From contig OX597823.1 of assembly GCA_951406725.2 (NCBI GenBank), positions 100,502,001 through 100,566,000 on the forward strand: a DNA stretch of 64,000 nt, in the 5' to 3' direction. The notes beneath the pieces were generated by a model. It was not told the origin of the DNA. It did not search any database and saw only the letters and a list, made by a program, of their open reading frames with translations. Positions 14,370 to 26,449 of the stretch are shown here, in pieces. The stretch comes from Octopus vulgaris. Its lineage: Eukaryota. The position numbers and the translations under genes were made by a program. The first letter of the stretch is position 1. Each line of letters begins with the position of its first letter.

Positions 14370-15400
14370 GCTTCAAATTTTGGCACAAGGCCAGCAGTTT
14401 TTGTACATCAACTCCTGAGGCTCAATTTATTTGATTCTGAAACAGGTAAAAGGATAAGTTGACCGTTTCAGAATTTGAACTCAGAACGTAAAGAACTGAA
14501 AGAGATTCTAAGCATTTCATCCAATGTATTAAGGATTCTGCCAGTTTGCTGCCTTTCTGTTCATTCCTAAAAAATAAAGAATTTCTATTCTACAGTTTCA
14601 GGGAAGATGTAACCAATGAGTTCAGCGCTTGATTGGAACTTTGCTTCTCACCCTTCCCTCGAGATGGCTGTGTTGGAAGAATTTTGCTTCTCAACGCTAT
14701 AACTCTTCGTTCAGGGTCTTTTACTAAAACTCTAGGCACACCAAAGCTTTGAGAGTAGATTTGATAGATGGAAACTGAAAGAAGCCCATTGTATGTTTGT
14801 GTTTGGTATTGGTTGTTTATAAATATGTAATTTAGAGGTTCAGCAAAAAAGAGGCTTAAAAAAAAAGTACTGGGGTTGATTTGTTAGAGTAAATCCTTCA
14901 AGATAGTGCCTCAGCATGGCCACAGTCTGACTGAAAACAGGTAAAAGTCTCCATTGGGACTTGAACTCCAGACCAGAGAAGGGGACCAAGCTAAAATACT
15001 TCACTCAATAATGGTTTCTAATTTAGGAACAAGGTCAGCAACTTTGATGGTGTTAAGACAATTTCCTCGACCCTTGTACTTGGGGGCTGAAGGGATGAAA
15101 GGCAAAGTTGACTCCAGCAGGATTGGAATAAATACCACAAGACATTTTGTCAATTACACCACCATTAATATTTCTTCCTAATTTTGGCAAAAAGTCAAGT
15201 TTTGAAAGGAGGAAGCCAGTCGATTACAGCTCAACACCACACTCCTGGACTAGTACTTTAAAGTTATTGACCCTAAAAGGATAAAAGAGAAAGTTGACAT
15301 GGCAGGATTTGAACTCAGAAAGTGAAGAGCTGAAAGCATATTGTTTGCACAAATGATTCTGCCAACTTTCTGCCTTTTACCCCTTTTAATAAAATATTTA
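14370..15400 (+). repeat. Cluster of short decayed interspersed repeats (ggcacaaggccagc...aaaggcaaagttga...ggatttgaactcagaa family plus SINE pieces)
   Basis: The same motif recurs at about 13600, 14380, 15010, 15180 and 57250. Confidence 0.6.
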
Positions 15401-16211
15401 AACCATGGAAAAGATAAATATTAGGAATGTACTCCCCCACCACTTTTAAACTGATTCTGAGAATATTAGTTCTAGTGTTACTTGTGTGTGTGTGTGTGTG
15501 TGTGTGAGAATAGCTGCCATGTCTTGAGCCACAGAATATTGGCGAACTGGTAATGGCAGACAAGCAGAAAGGATCACAGACGTAATATTGAAAACATTCA
15601 CACCAATGTACAGTCTCTCAGTCAACAAACAGATTAATAAAAGATATATATATGTACATACACACATATATTAAAAACAAGTCTTTTACACAGGTTAAAT
15701 GTTTGTGATCAGAGACGGGAGGGGGGGGTCTCACACAACATAGTTTATGAAAGCCCTGAAAGGATGATATTCATGATGATGATGATAATGGTTTTTTTTT
15801 TTTTTTCTTTTTTAATATATAAGCATGAAATCTTAAGCCACAAGCTTTATGTGTTACCCCCCAAGAACATAACTGCTTGCTGTCAGATAAGATATTTGTG
15901 AAGCAGGTGCTGCTAGGAATTCTCAATATTTTAAACATTTTGGCATGGCACCTCTTTGAAGAATCAAGATGATAATTACTTCTTAAAAAGTTCATAAATT
16001 TTAAAATTATAGTTTAAAGGAAAGCTGTGATGCTTAAAGTCTTTCCTCAAGGATATTTTGTGATTCCTGTGAATCTGTTCCCAGTGTGAAAGGGTCATTG
16101 AGATCATCAGCATCTTACCTCTCCACCTCACCTGCCACACACAACAACAATACACTATTTAAAAAGAAACCCCCTAAATGTGGCATGATGATGATGCTGC
16201 TATGATGGTGT

Positions 16212-16330
16212 TCATTCATCATACTCATTCACAAGGAAGTGGAATACAAACAATGCTTTCTTTTCTGCGTATTCCTGAGAATTTCTCTCCGATTTGAGTG
16301 GACGTAAAAACAGGTGGCCAAAAATGGAGG
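16212..16330 (-). CDS. OCRL: OCRL terminal coding exon (SIFGHLFLRPLKSERNSQEYAEKKALFVFHFLVNEYDE*)
   Basis: ttccAG acceptor; phase 1; RhoGAP FG..LLRP motif; TGA at 16214-16212; acidic C-terminus with no CAAX. Confidence 0.93.
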
Positions 16331-17249
16331 CTGGAAATAGAAAAGTAACATGGGTTTACTTGAATTTGTCTTTATACTAAATTAATTAAATGTCTAATAT
16401 TATAGAACATCATCATGTAATCTATTGGGAAGAGTGTTTAATTAAAACCCCAGTTAATGGAAACATATGATCGTAATTTTGTGTCCCTTTTACACTCATT
16501 AGTCCTCTATACTCTCAGGGTAGCAGGGGTATAAAATTTTATAAACATTCTATAAGGGATATTTTGATAAGCATAGAAGAAATCAATAACAATTTTCAGT
16601 ATAAGAGAAACGATGTTATATTAGTTCTAGTTTTCTTATATGTGTTCAACTTTAAAAGCTGTTAAACTAGACTTGAGAATATAAAAGAATTGAAAAAATT
16701 TTAAGAGTCTACTCCCATACAGTTAAAACGTGCATGCTTTGTGTATACACAGCAAAGAAAAGGGGTTTATAGATTGGAGCTGGAGGAAGAAGGGGTGAGA
16801 AAGCTAAGAAAAAGAAAGTCAGAGGATGAAATGATGTCTACTTTGCTAAGAAGGGCATGACCCTTTGCCCAGCCATAACAAGAGTATCCTCTTCATATTT
16901 CTAAAATATGTTAAGGTCTTAAACCAAATTGACAATAACCATTACTTTTGCTAATTGTTTTGTGTAGTTGTGAGCAGGCATTAAGCCTTTCACTCAGGTT
17001 CTAGAGAGAGAGAGAGCCAGTTGCTTTGTGTTTTCAACTGAGAAGACGAGTAATGAAGTATCTTGCTCAAGAACACAAAGAATCATCCTGTTGAAGAATG
17101 GAACTGATGATCTTATGATTGTGAAGCCCAAACCCTAACCACTGAACCATCTGTCTTCATAGATCCAACTCATAGTCAAAATAGACAAACTTTGAGAATT
17201 CTACCTGAAGGTTTGAATTGAAGAAATAATAGAATGAAACAAATTTTGT

Positions 17250-20200
17250 CATGTTAGTTGTATTTTCAGTTCAGTGGGACCTCTTGGCACAACTTGTACA
17301 TGAAACGTTTGTGTTCCTTGTTTCTTCACAACTATAGCTGGAACCTAACGTGGATCTTGGTTTCTCGTTGGTTCAAAATACAGAGCATAGCATGGATCAC
17401 TGACTTGAAATCGATTGGAAGTTTGAAGTACGTCTCTCTCAGTAGTCCTTTTCAATTTGGATTGGGCCAAATGAACTGGAGATGGAAGCAAGACCTCAAT
17501 CTTGGTGCATAATTGACAACTGTTGAGTAATTCACTTGGCGAGTTGCCACTAGTGGTAGGTGTTCTCCTGAATTGCATCAAGAATTCCAACAAAGCTTCT
17601 TTAGGTGTTTTGGAAGACTTTCATAACACTTGCCTGAAAGTTTGAAGCAAGCGCTTGAAGGGTGATAGGGAGCTTCCGTTAGATGAACAATGCTTCTCTC
17701 CTTACAGTAGTTTTGAAATTCTTCAGAAGTAAAGCAGGTGGCATTGTCGGACACGATGGTATGTGGATATCCAAAGTGTGCAAAATCTTCTTCTAACAAA
17801 TCCACTGTAGTCTTACTGGAAACTGAAGTAGTGGCATGGCTACGAGGGTATTTAGTGTATGCATCAGTGCCTACTAACCAGTTATGCCCCATAAAGTTGA
17901 TGGCATGATTTACATGCAGACGAGAGCAAGGCTTTTCGGGCATTATCCATGGATGAATTGCTGGTTTAGGTGGTGCCTTTCTGTGTTCACAGCAAGAAGT
18001 GCAGTGGTGGCAAAGATTCATGATTTCTGCATCAATGTTTGGCCTGTATACTGTCGTCCACGCTAATTGCTTCATTTGTTGCATACCGAGATGATGTGTG
18101 TAGCAGATGTAAGATTCGTTTTCGTAGACTGGTAGGAATGACTAGTCTCGTGCCGTACAGTAAACATCCATGACATATGCTCAAAGATTGGGAAAGCTTT
18201 TGGAATTGCTCTACTGGATCATCAGAGTCAAGACATAAAGGCCAATCTTCTCGTGTAAAATGCATCACTTGTGATGAAACTGGATCTGTAGAGGACTCCT
18301 TTATGACTAAAGTCGGATCTGTAGGCTGGACTTGTAAATTAATCGCTTCAATTGCACACACAATGTCAGTATCATCCATGTCTTCCTCCCCATCAGAGAT
18401 GGAGTCCTCTCCAACAGGAAGGCGGCTAAGAGCATCTGCATTCTGATGAAGGGTACTTTTTCGATATTCTATGACATAGGAAAATTGGTTGAGAAAGATT
18501 GCCCAGCAAGTCAAACCTGGCACCGGCTTGTTAGGACCAAAAATTAACAGGAGTGGTTTATGATTCATTACCAGAATGAATGATCTGCCAAAAATGTACT
18601 GATAAAACTTGTTTAGAGCAAAAACTATTGCCAGGGCCTCCTTTTGTATTTGGCTGTAATTGCGTTGAGATGCAGAAAGGAGCTTGGAGACGTTAGCAAT
18701 TGGTTTTTCATCTCCACTTGAATTATTATTCAAAGTGGCTCCAATACCAATACTGGATGTGTCACATGCTATTCTCAACGGCACAGCAGGATCAAAATGA
18801 GCCAGAACTGAATCGGATGTAAGGGGGTCATTCAACCTCAAGAAAGCGGCTTGTTCCGCTTCACTCCAATTCCACTCAACTTCATTCGCAAGAGTCTGTA
18901 GAAAAACTAGGAGGCAAAATCTTTGAATAGAATTGCACTGATCCCCAAAATGACTGCAATGCAGATAACTCCTTAGGTGCCGGCATGTTGATGACAGCAT
19001 CTACTTGGAGACCTTTCGAAAAGCCTTGTTTGGAAAGTATGTGTCCCAAATATTCCATTGACACTTCTCTCTGCGACATCAAAGACTTTTCCCTGTAGAC
19101 ACTGAAGTAAATGTTTCAGGTTCTGTAAGTGAGATTCTGCATCCGGACCAATATGTCATCTAAGTAGACACCAACACCTGGTAGATCGCTCGTGATGTCA
19201 TCCATTATCTTTTGAAAATACCCGGGGTCTGAAGAAATTCCGAATGGCAACACATTTTTAAGTAATACTCCTCGGTGAGTGCTTAAAGCCAGACGTCTTC
19301 GACTCTCTGGAGCAAGCTTAATTTGGTTGTAAGCATCTGTGAGATCAATTTTTGTGAATCCATGACCTCCTCCTAATTTTTGCATCAGATCTTCTGGTGA
19401 TGGAAGCAGATGTTGATGAGTTTCCAGCTGAGGATTTACTGTCACAGAATAATCACCACAAATTCATAAGGGTGAACCTGCAGTTGGTGACATCTGTTTC
19501 TTTTGGACTGGAACAACCGGACTAACCCATTCATTGATTTGAACTGGAGTCCAAATTCCTTTCTTTATGCCAGCCTTAATAGCTTGAGTTAAATCAGCTT
19601 GGAGAGCGAAAGGAACAGACCTTGGTTTGCAGAAAACAGGTTTAACATTGGATTTGAAATGCACATCCAGCTCAAAACCTTGAAGACAGCCCAACTCTGG
19701 CTTGAACAACTCTGCATACTCATTGCAAAGTTTCAAACATGAATCTTGCAAATGTGCATCTACTTCATGGAGATGAGAAGATAGCACCTTTACTTCCATG
19801 TTAGATTCCCTGGAAAACAGAAGATCGTCAATCGAAATCTTTAGCTTCATAATGGCATCTCATCCTAATAAGTTCAAGTTGTGAATTTTGGAAACATGGT
19901 ACATGATGATACAAGTTTTATCAGTACGGGGTTCAACACTAGTTTGACCACTGAAATTTCTAGACTTCTTACTATATTACCAGCATTACTAGGATTTTGC
20001 AACTGTGCTTTCTTTCAGCATACTGACTCTAAGTGCCTTTGAATCTTGCAATAATTACAAGTAGCATTTTTGAAACGGCAACCGGGAGCAAGTTGAGAAG
20101 TTTTCCGACTTTTTACCTGTAGATTTAAAACATTTAACCTTTTGTATCTGCGTAGTAATAGAACCGTAGACGGTTTTTTTAGCAACTTTAGCCGCATCCT

Positions 20201-20970
20201 TTGTCTCAATAGCTATTTCGATGGCTCGATTGAATGTAAGTTCATCGGTGTTGATTTTGAAAAGCGCTTGTAGCACAGCTTCGTTGTTGACTGAGCAAAT
20301 GAAACGTGTTGGCAACGTTTCGTCCAATGGATCCTTGATTGACGTAAAATCACAGGTAGCAGCAGCCTGGCAATTACGAGTAGCTAATTCTTGAATTGAC
20401 TCACCCACTTTGCACTTCATGTCGCTCCTGAAGCGAAATCTCTCACACACAACAAATCGTTTCGGATCAAATTGTTGCTTCATGTAGTCGGAGATTTGGT
20501 CCATCGTAAGATCATTGATGTCTCTTGGTGGTGTTTCTTGTGCCTCCAGATTGGATAACATCTTGTACACGGTAGAAGATTGATTAGTAAAGAAAACTTT
20601 TGGTTTCTTACTGTTAGGTACTGAATGCGCCTTGGTAAAAGTGCAAAACCTTGACCAGTGGTCAGTCCATAGCTCCGTAGTAGAATCAAATGCAGAATAA
20701 CTGGGCGTGGCAACTTGAGAAGTAGAAACGACCGACTCAAACCCAGCACTTGTGAAAGGTTTTCCAATCATCTCTTGTAAGATTTTCATTTCCTCTTCAT
20801 GATGGCACTGTTGTTCTTTACTTTGTCCTTCGTAACAGTGTTCTTGATCTTCCAAGAGTTTCTCTTGAATGGAAATTTGTTGTTGTAGAAGTTTGACAAG
20901 ATTCTCCATTTCGTTATGTAGGGTAAGCAATGCTGATTAAATCAAACAGCAGATCTCATCCTTGTCGCCA
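17250..20970 (-). mobile_element. Ty3/Gypsy LTR retrotransposon internal region (gag-pol, K02A2.6/Mag-like), decayed, in the last OCRL intron
   Basis: PBS-like TGGCGACAAG at 20970-20961; gag ORF 20930-20055; zinc knuckle CNYCKIQRHLESVC; RT KIDLTDAYNQI, LPFG, YLDD; RNase H CDTSSIGIGA, RNYSQIQKEALAI; integrase GYPHTIVSDNA, APYHP; order RT-RH-INT. Confidence 0.95.
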
Positions 20971-21236
20971 AAATAACTCTATTATAGTTTAATACAGAAT
21001 TATCCATGTGAAGGCCCACCCAGCAATAATGCAGTTAACATGTGAGAAATATATACTCAAAAATACACACTGATTAAAGCAGAACCCAAAAATCCATGTG
21101 CAAAACAAAGCAGTATGCAAATTATTTGTACAAATTAACAAAATACAAATACATTTACTAAACAAGACAAAGTCACCAAAGTATCAGTTCGATACCGAGT
21201 CAGAACACGATATAATAAAAAATAAAAAAATCTCAC

Positions 21237-21348
21237 CAAGAGTTTTGGGATCCAAATTATTAGCTTCCGAATGTTCTAAGAGCTCTCGCAGGAATGCACA
21301 TATGTACTTGAAGACAGTTCGATTATGTTCAGGAATTGAACTAAGAAC
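21237..21348 (-). CDS. OCRL: OCRL penultimate exon (VLSSIPEHNRTVFKYICAFLRELLEHSEANNLDPKTL-A)
   Basis: 112 nt; catcAG/GTgaga; VF.Y..AFLRELL; phase 0/1. Confidence 0.96.
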
Positions 21349-21689
21349 CTGATGAGAAAATAAAATAAAAATACAAAAGATCAGCTTTGAAAGAGAAAAA
21401 AAATGTCAGGTCTTTCATTTTATACATTTCAACTTTTTTTCTTATGATGACCGAAATAAATTTAAATATTAGGAAACCTAACTGTGAGAGGAAGTTATAA
21501 AAAGGTAAACATACTCCACATATGCTTTTGATGTGTGGAAAAAGGAGAAAAGAAGGTGGGGAGACAGCTGACATAGTGTTTTGCAGTTTGTTGACTGCTG
21601 CCAAGAGGAGAGGCACCTCGTTTTCTTTCCACAAGCTTTGTTGGCTGTCCAGTAATGATTAATTTGTTGAGATAAGATCATGATATTAA

Positions 21690-23690
21690 TTTGGTTGCTA
21701 CTGTCAGGAAAGTCATCAGTACTTCATAAAGAGTTTAATGGCTCTGCTTTTTAGTTTAAAGAAGAGGTAGAGAGGTGGATTAAGGAAGGTGTCCTTATCC
21801 CATTGAAGGAGGAGGTTGTGAGTGCAATGCTACCTTTAATGGCAGTGGTACTGGACTTTCGGGAGATGAGTGGCCATGCATCGTGCCACACATGTGGCGA
21901 GGCGACTGATGTCCACTGTGAGACACTGTGCATATGGAGACAGTCAACTAAGGCAGCAACGATTGTCGACTTGAAGTCAGCATATTTGCAGCTCCATGTG
22001 AGTGACAAACTATGGCCGTATCAGCTGGTGTGATACAAGGGACAGACAAGGCTGGGTTTTGGGCTGAATTCTGTGCTGAAGAACATGGCAAGAGTGCTCA
22101 AATCTATCCTGGGAAAGGTGGCTAGATACGAAGGGCCACTAATTCCTATAAAGATGACATCTGAAGAAATTCAAGCTGATTGCAAGGCCACCAGAACCAA
22201 TGGTTGGCGGAGCTGCACTGAAGCTTCAAAGAGACAGAACAGGCATGTTGGTGTTTTGGAGGAGGAATGAGATCCTGGAGTTGGGTACCAACGTCAGCAG
22301 GAGAGAACTGGGGTGAAGAGGGGACAGCGGTGATGATGCAGGAAATCCTAAAGAGGATGAGAGCGGAAGACCCTGTCAGAAGGAACTGATATGTGCCCAA
22401 ATCGGATAACGGGACCATATGGTGTGATGCTTGCAGCATTGCAATAGGAGTTGTGTTGGAAATCGGAGGTGCTGAAGTGGAGAACACAGCCTGGCTTCGA
22501 AAAGCAGACAATTACAACCATATCAATATCGCTGGGTTGGATGCAGTGCTGAAAGGAGTGAATTTGACCTTGAGATGGGAAGTGTGCTCCATCGAAATCC
22601 AGATAGATTCGGCCACCATGCTTAGCTGTGTAGGGTCGGTGATCATCAATGAGAAAAAGGTTCAAACCAAAGGAGAGCTGGTTGCCAATTACAGCCTGAA
22701 GCTGAATGTAGTCTTTGTGCCTTCAGAGAGAAACAAGGTAGATGTCCAAACTAGGGTGAAAAAGGCCTGGTTAGGGGAAGAATCGAAGAAAGGGGTAGAC
22801 TCCGAACTAAGGAGACTACATGCCAGGCGTGATAAGGGTGTGGATAGGACCCTGTATTTCACCAGGAGGATTGACACTGATGTTACTAGACAGAGCATCC
22901 GAAAAAGTGGTTGGGAACTGTGACAGGTGTCCATCCATCAACCCTGCTCCAGGTGTGCATGAGCAGGGAAACATCTTGGTAGAGCACAACTGGAGATGAC
23001 TGGCAGTGGGTGTAGCACACTACAGGAAGGGGACGTACCTTTCAATGGTTAACTGTGGGAATTGAGGGCAGGCACTGCAGACGAGATGGTACATATTGTA
23101 AATGAGGTATTTTTAGAGCGGAGCCCTGTGGACAAATTGCTGATGGACAATAGGTGGAAAATGCACTGCTTTTTCAGAGCGGCATACAGGCCAAGTGTAA
23201 ATGGGATCATGGAAAGACATCAAGGAACGATCAAGGCCATGGCGGAAAGGGGACACATCTCACCGCTAGAAGCAGTATTCTGGTACAACAGGTTGCCCTG
23301 ATCAGGACAGGCCGAAGAGTCCGTGCTACATAGAGTGATATTCAAATATGAATGGCAGCATCCAAGTAAACCATTGGGATGCCTTGTGGAAGAGAGAGAG
23401 GGCCTGTCTTTATGGAGGTGGGAAATGAAGTCTGGGTGAAGTCGCCAAAGGCATTGCTGCACAACTCAGTGGAACAAAGGAATAGTGATGGCTGTCGATT
23501 CCAAAAACATTTCTGTGGATGGAATGCTGTGTCACATGTTGGGTGTTCGTAAGATTGATGCTTTGTTGGATGCTGATTGTGGAGAAGAGGAAGAGAATAA
23601 GATTCCCATCTTAAGAAGATCACAACATAAAAGGTGGGTGATAGATTTCGACATAGTGAAGTGAGGCGGTGATCTTTGAGATTGGGGGGA
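21690..23690 (+). mobile_element. Second, unrelated Gypsy-type pol remnant (RT-RNase H-integrase)
   Basis: LDFRE..., IVDLKSAYLQLHV (RT); WCDACSIAIGVVLE, NHINIAGLDAV (RNase H); RAAYRPSVNGIMERHQGTIK (integrase); G-rich polypurine tract gagattggggggA ending at 23690. Confidence 0.85.
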
Positions 23691-23988
23691 TGTGTGGGGA
23701 TGAGCCAAAAGAAGAGGAAGCATGAGAAGGGAAGTTGGAGGAGAGAGGTGAGTGCTGGCCACTTATTGCTTGCCAGAGGCATCATGAATGGACATTAGGG
23801 AATTCGCTCCCAGGTTGGTCAGATAGCAGCTGCTTATATTGGGTGACAGGGGTAGGGCAGGATCATCAGAGAGATTACTGCTAGACAAGTGTTGACGAGA
23901 AGAAGGTAGGTGAACCTCTTTTCATTTCCCATGCATGACAAAAACATACATACAAGTGTAATCTCATAATCTCTCTCTCTGACACACA
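23691..23988 (+). repeat. 3' LTR of the plus-strand Gypsy element
   Basis: Starts TGTGTG immediately after the PPT and ends CACACA (inverted termini TG...CA); 298 nt; no matching 5' LTR seen. Confidence 0.65.
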
Positions 23989-24068
23989 TGTTATATAAGA
24001 ATTACTTTAACAAGAATTAAGACAAAAACATTGTACATGTTAAACATTTTCAAAGACAAATTTCTTAC

Positions 24069-24196
24069 ATGTCGGGAGTAATTGTAGTTGTTGCTGACTT
24101 GAAGGCATTTGTGGAAAACATGACATGGAATCACAGGTTCTGGCAGACACCTCAGGAACAATATCAAAGCACTGGTCACAGAATGGATACTACCAG
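24069..24196 (-). CDS. OCRL: OCRL exon, RhoGAP-like (GSIHSVTSALILFLRCLPEPVIPCHVFHKCLQVSNNYNYSRH)
   Basis: 128 nt; AG/GTaaga; HSV..AL..FL..LPEPVI; phase 1/0. Confidence 0.96.
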
Positions 24197-25388
24197 CTAC
24201 ATTACAGTCAAAGAAATATTTAAAACATGTTTAACTTTTCAACAATTTGGCAGGGCTGATGACATAGTGGCCTACAAGAGAAGAGAGACTCAAACAGCCT
24301 CAAAAACTATCTTTTTTATCCATTTCCATTTCATCCAGAGATTTCCAGCCTTGAATTGGAAAACAGAGCTTGCTCTTTCAATGATTTAATTATCAAGAGA
24401 TTTGTTATACTCAAGTCATAAATTTCAATATCTCAAGATGTTTAAATAATATTGTATTTGCAAAGGAAAGGGATTTCTCCTGAATTTATGACCCAGAAAA
24501 AAAAAAAAACCAGGCATTTGTATATTTGTAAAGAGCATATGAAAGTGATTAAAATTGTTAAATCTAAGAGGAGCAAGTTGACATGGGCTGTAAGTTCTTG
24601 ACAAACCAGTTTGGTTACATGTCATAAAAATGCTGTTTACTCTTGCCCTTGGCATGAACATCCCAATTCCAATCCTTTGAAGTCCATTTCTCAGCTTAAA
24701 AATGCACCAGTTCAATACAAAAAAATATATTTTAAATTTTATTTAAAACCTGTGCAATTTCACAATACAGATGGTGAGAAATGAAGATGCTCATACATAA
24801 TTAAGATCGGTGTTGCTGAGGAGCTGGTTTTTCTGACCATCTGGGCAAGTGTCTTGAACTATAGCCTGGACTGACCAAAGCATTGTGATTGAATTTAGTA
24901 GACAGAAACTTTGAGAAGCACATTGTGTGGGTGGGGTTGATCGGGGTTTGTACCATATGATACTAAGAAACAAGTATCCTTGTCATACAAAAACATGGTC
25001 CCGGGGCATCATAACACTTTGGCTGGAAACAAGAAGGGCATCCAGTAGTGGAAAAGGCTCCACCTCAGCCAACTCCATCTGATGTATGCAAGCATTGAAA
25101 GGTGAACAGTAAAAGAATGATGATAAGAGTACAAAACAGTGCGATATGGTTCTTTGCTTTAACATTTTGGTGATGCTTTTAATGTCATTGATAAAACAGG
25201 ATATGGTTTGAATTTCCTTCTGAAGACAATCTGAAGACTTTCAGTTCAGTAATCAATCCTCTTTAAGCAGTCAACCACTACACAGCTATTGCATGGAATG
25301 GTAATAATATCCCATTTTATTCAATTAACATTTGATAGGAAAATTAACAAAAAGATTAATGGGATTAGGATATTAATTAAAAGGATAC
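24197..25388 (-). other. U12-type GT-AG intron, 1192 nt
   Basis: 5' ss GTATCCTTT (perfect U12 consensus); branch site TTCTTTGAC (24215-24207) then TGTAATGTAG with no polypyrimidine tract. Confidence 0.9.
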
Positions 25389-25473
25389 GAATCTTGTCAG
25401 GAGCACCAGTATCAAGACAGTCCCGAATTTGGTAAATTTCAGTATTGAGGCCATCTTGTTTGAAAAGGTCTTC
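25389..25473 (-). CDS. OCRL: OCRL exon, RhoGAP-like (EDLFKQDGLNTEIYQIRDCLDTGAPDKI-P)
   Basis: 85 nt; ttacAG acceptor; EDLF...DCLDT; ends at GTATCCTTT donor; phase 0/1. Confidence 0.95.
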
Positions 25474-25933
25474 CTGTAACAGAAGAGAATTTTTTAACTG
25501 AATATTTCTTCAAATTTTTATTACATCACACATTTGGCGTCATAAATTCACAAGTTATTACACTGCAGCTTTGCTGAAGTGTGGCCATGGAGAATTTTAT
25601 TTGAATGAATTGACACAATACTTATCCTATCAGTCTCTTTTGCTGAACTGTAAGTTATGGGCACGTAAACACACCAATATTGGTTGTCAAGCGGCAGACA
25701 AAGATACACACACACATAATACACATGTATGATGGGCTTCTTTCAATTTCCATCTACCAAATCCACTCATAAGGCTTTGGTCAGCCTGACACTGATAGAA
25801 GACACTAGGCCAAAGTGCCACGGTGTGGGACTGAATCCAAACCATGTGGGTGAGAAGCAAACTTCTTACCACACAGGCAGATCTGTAGTTCACTTGACAA
25901 ATGTGATTTGGGACTATTTCATTGTATGCATAA

Positions 25934-26449
25934 CCCTTCGTGGGCTGGTGGGGTCCCAAGGGACCCCAGCAAATTTTAAAAGTTAGGCAACTTTTACATT
26001 TTTATTTAAACGATTTTATATCTCATGACTTTTGTTGCCAATAGTTTATGTACGCACATAGAAATTTGGAGTTAAAAATTTCCAGTCATATGGATGTTAT
26101 AGCATAAAATATGGTCATTGGGGTCCAATTGGACCCCATTGGCCTTCTGTGAAATTATTCTTTCCTGTTCCTTTTTCAGACATTCTGATGAACTACAAGT
26201 CAATTTTCTTTGTATTCGCACTGGTATGAATCAATGTATTTTTTCTTTTATTCTTTTTGTTTTTATTTTATATTTAGTGTTATATGTATAATTTATAAAA
26301 CTATGAAAAAGTGCTAAATTTCTTGTTCTGTATCATGTGCTCACACATATTTACAAGATCAAACAAATATTACTTTATGGGTAGTGCAGAAATAAAAGTG
26401 GACCCTAATGGCCTTTTGTGTAATTCCAACTCCACCAGTCTATGAAGGG
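25934..26449. mobile_element. piggyBac-like MITE
   Basis: TIRs CCCTTCGTGGGCTGGTGGGGT and CCCTTCATAGACTGGTGGAGT (17/21 match); flanks ATAA and TCAA (degenerate TTAA). Confidence 0.7.

Noticed and set aside
12500-16211. OCRL 3'UTR end and poly(A) site
   Set aside because: Several minus-strand AATAAA candidates exist in AT-rich sequence, and none can be chosen without transcript data.
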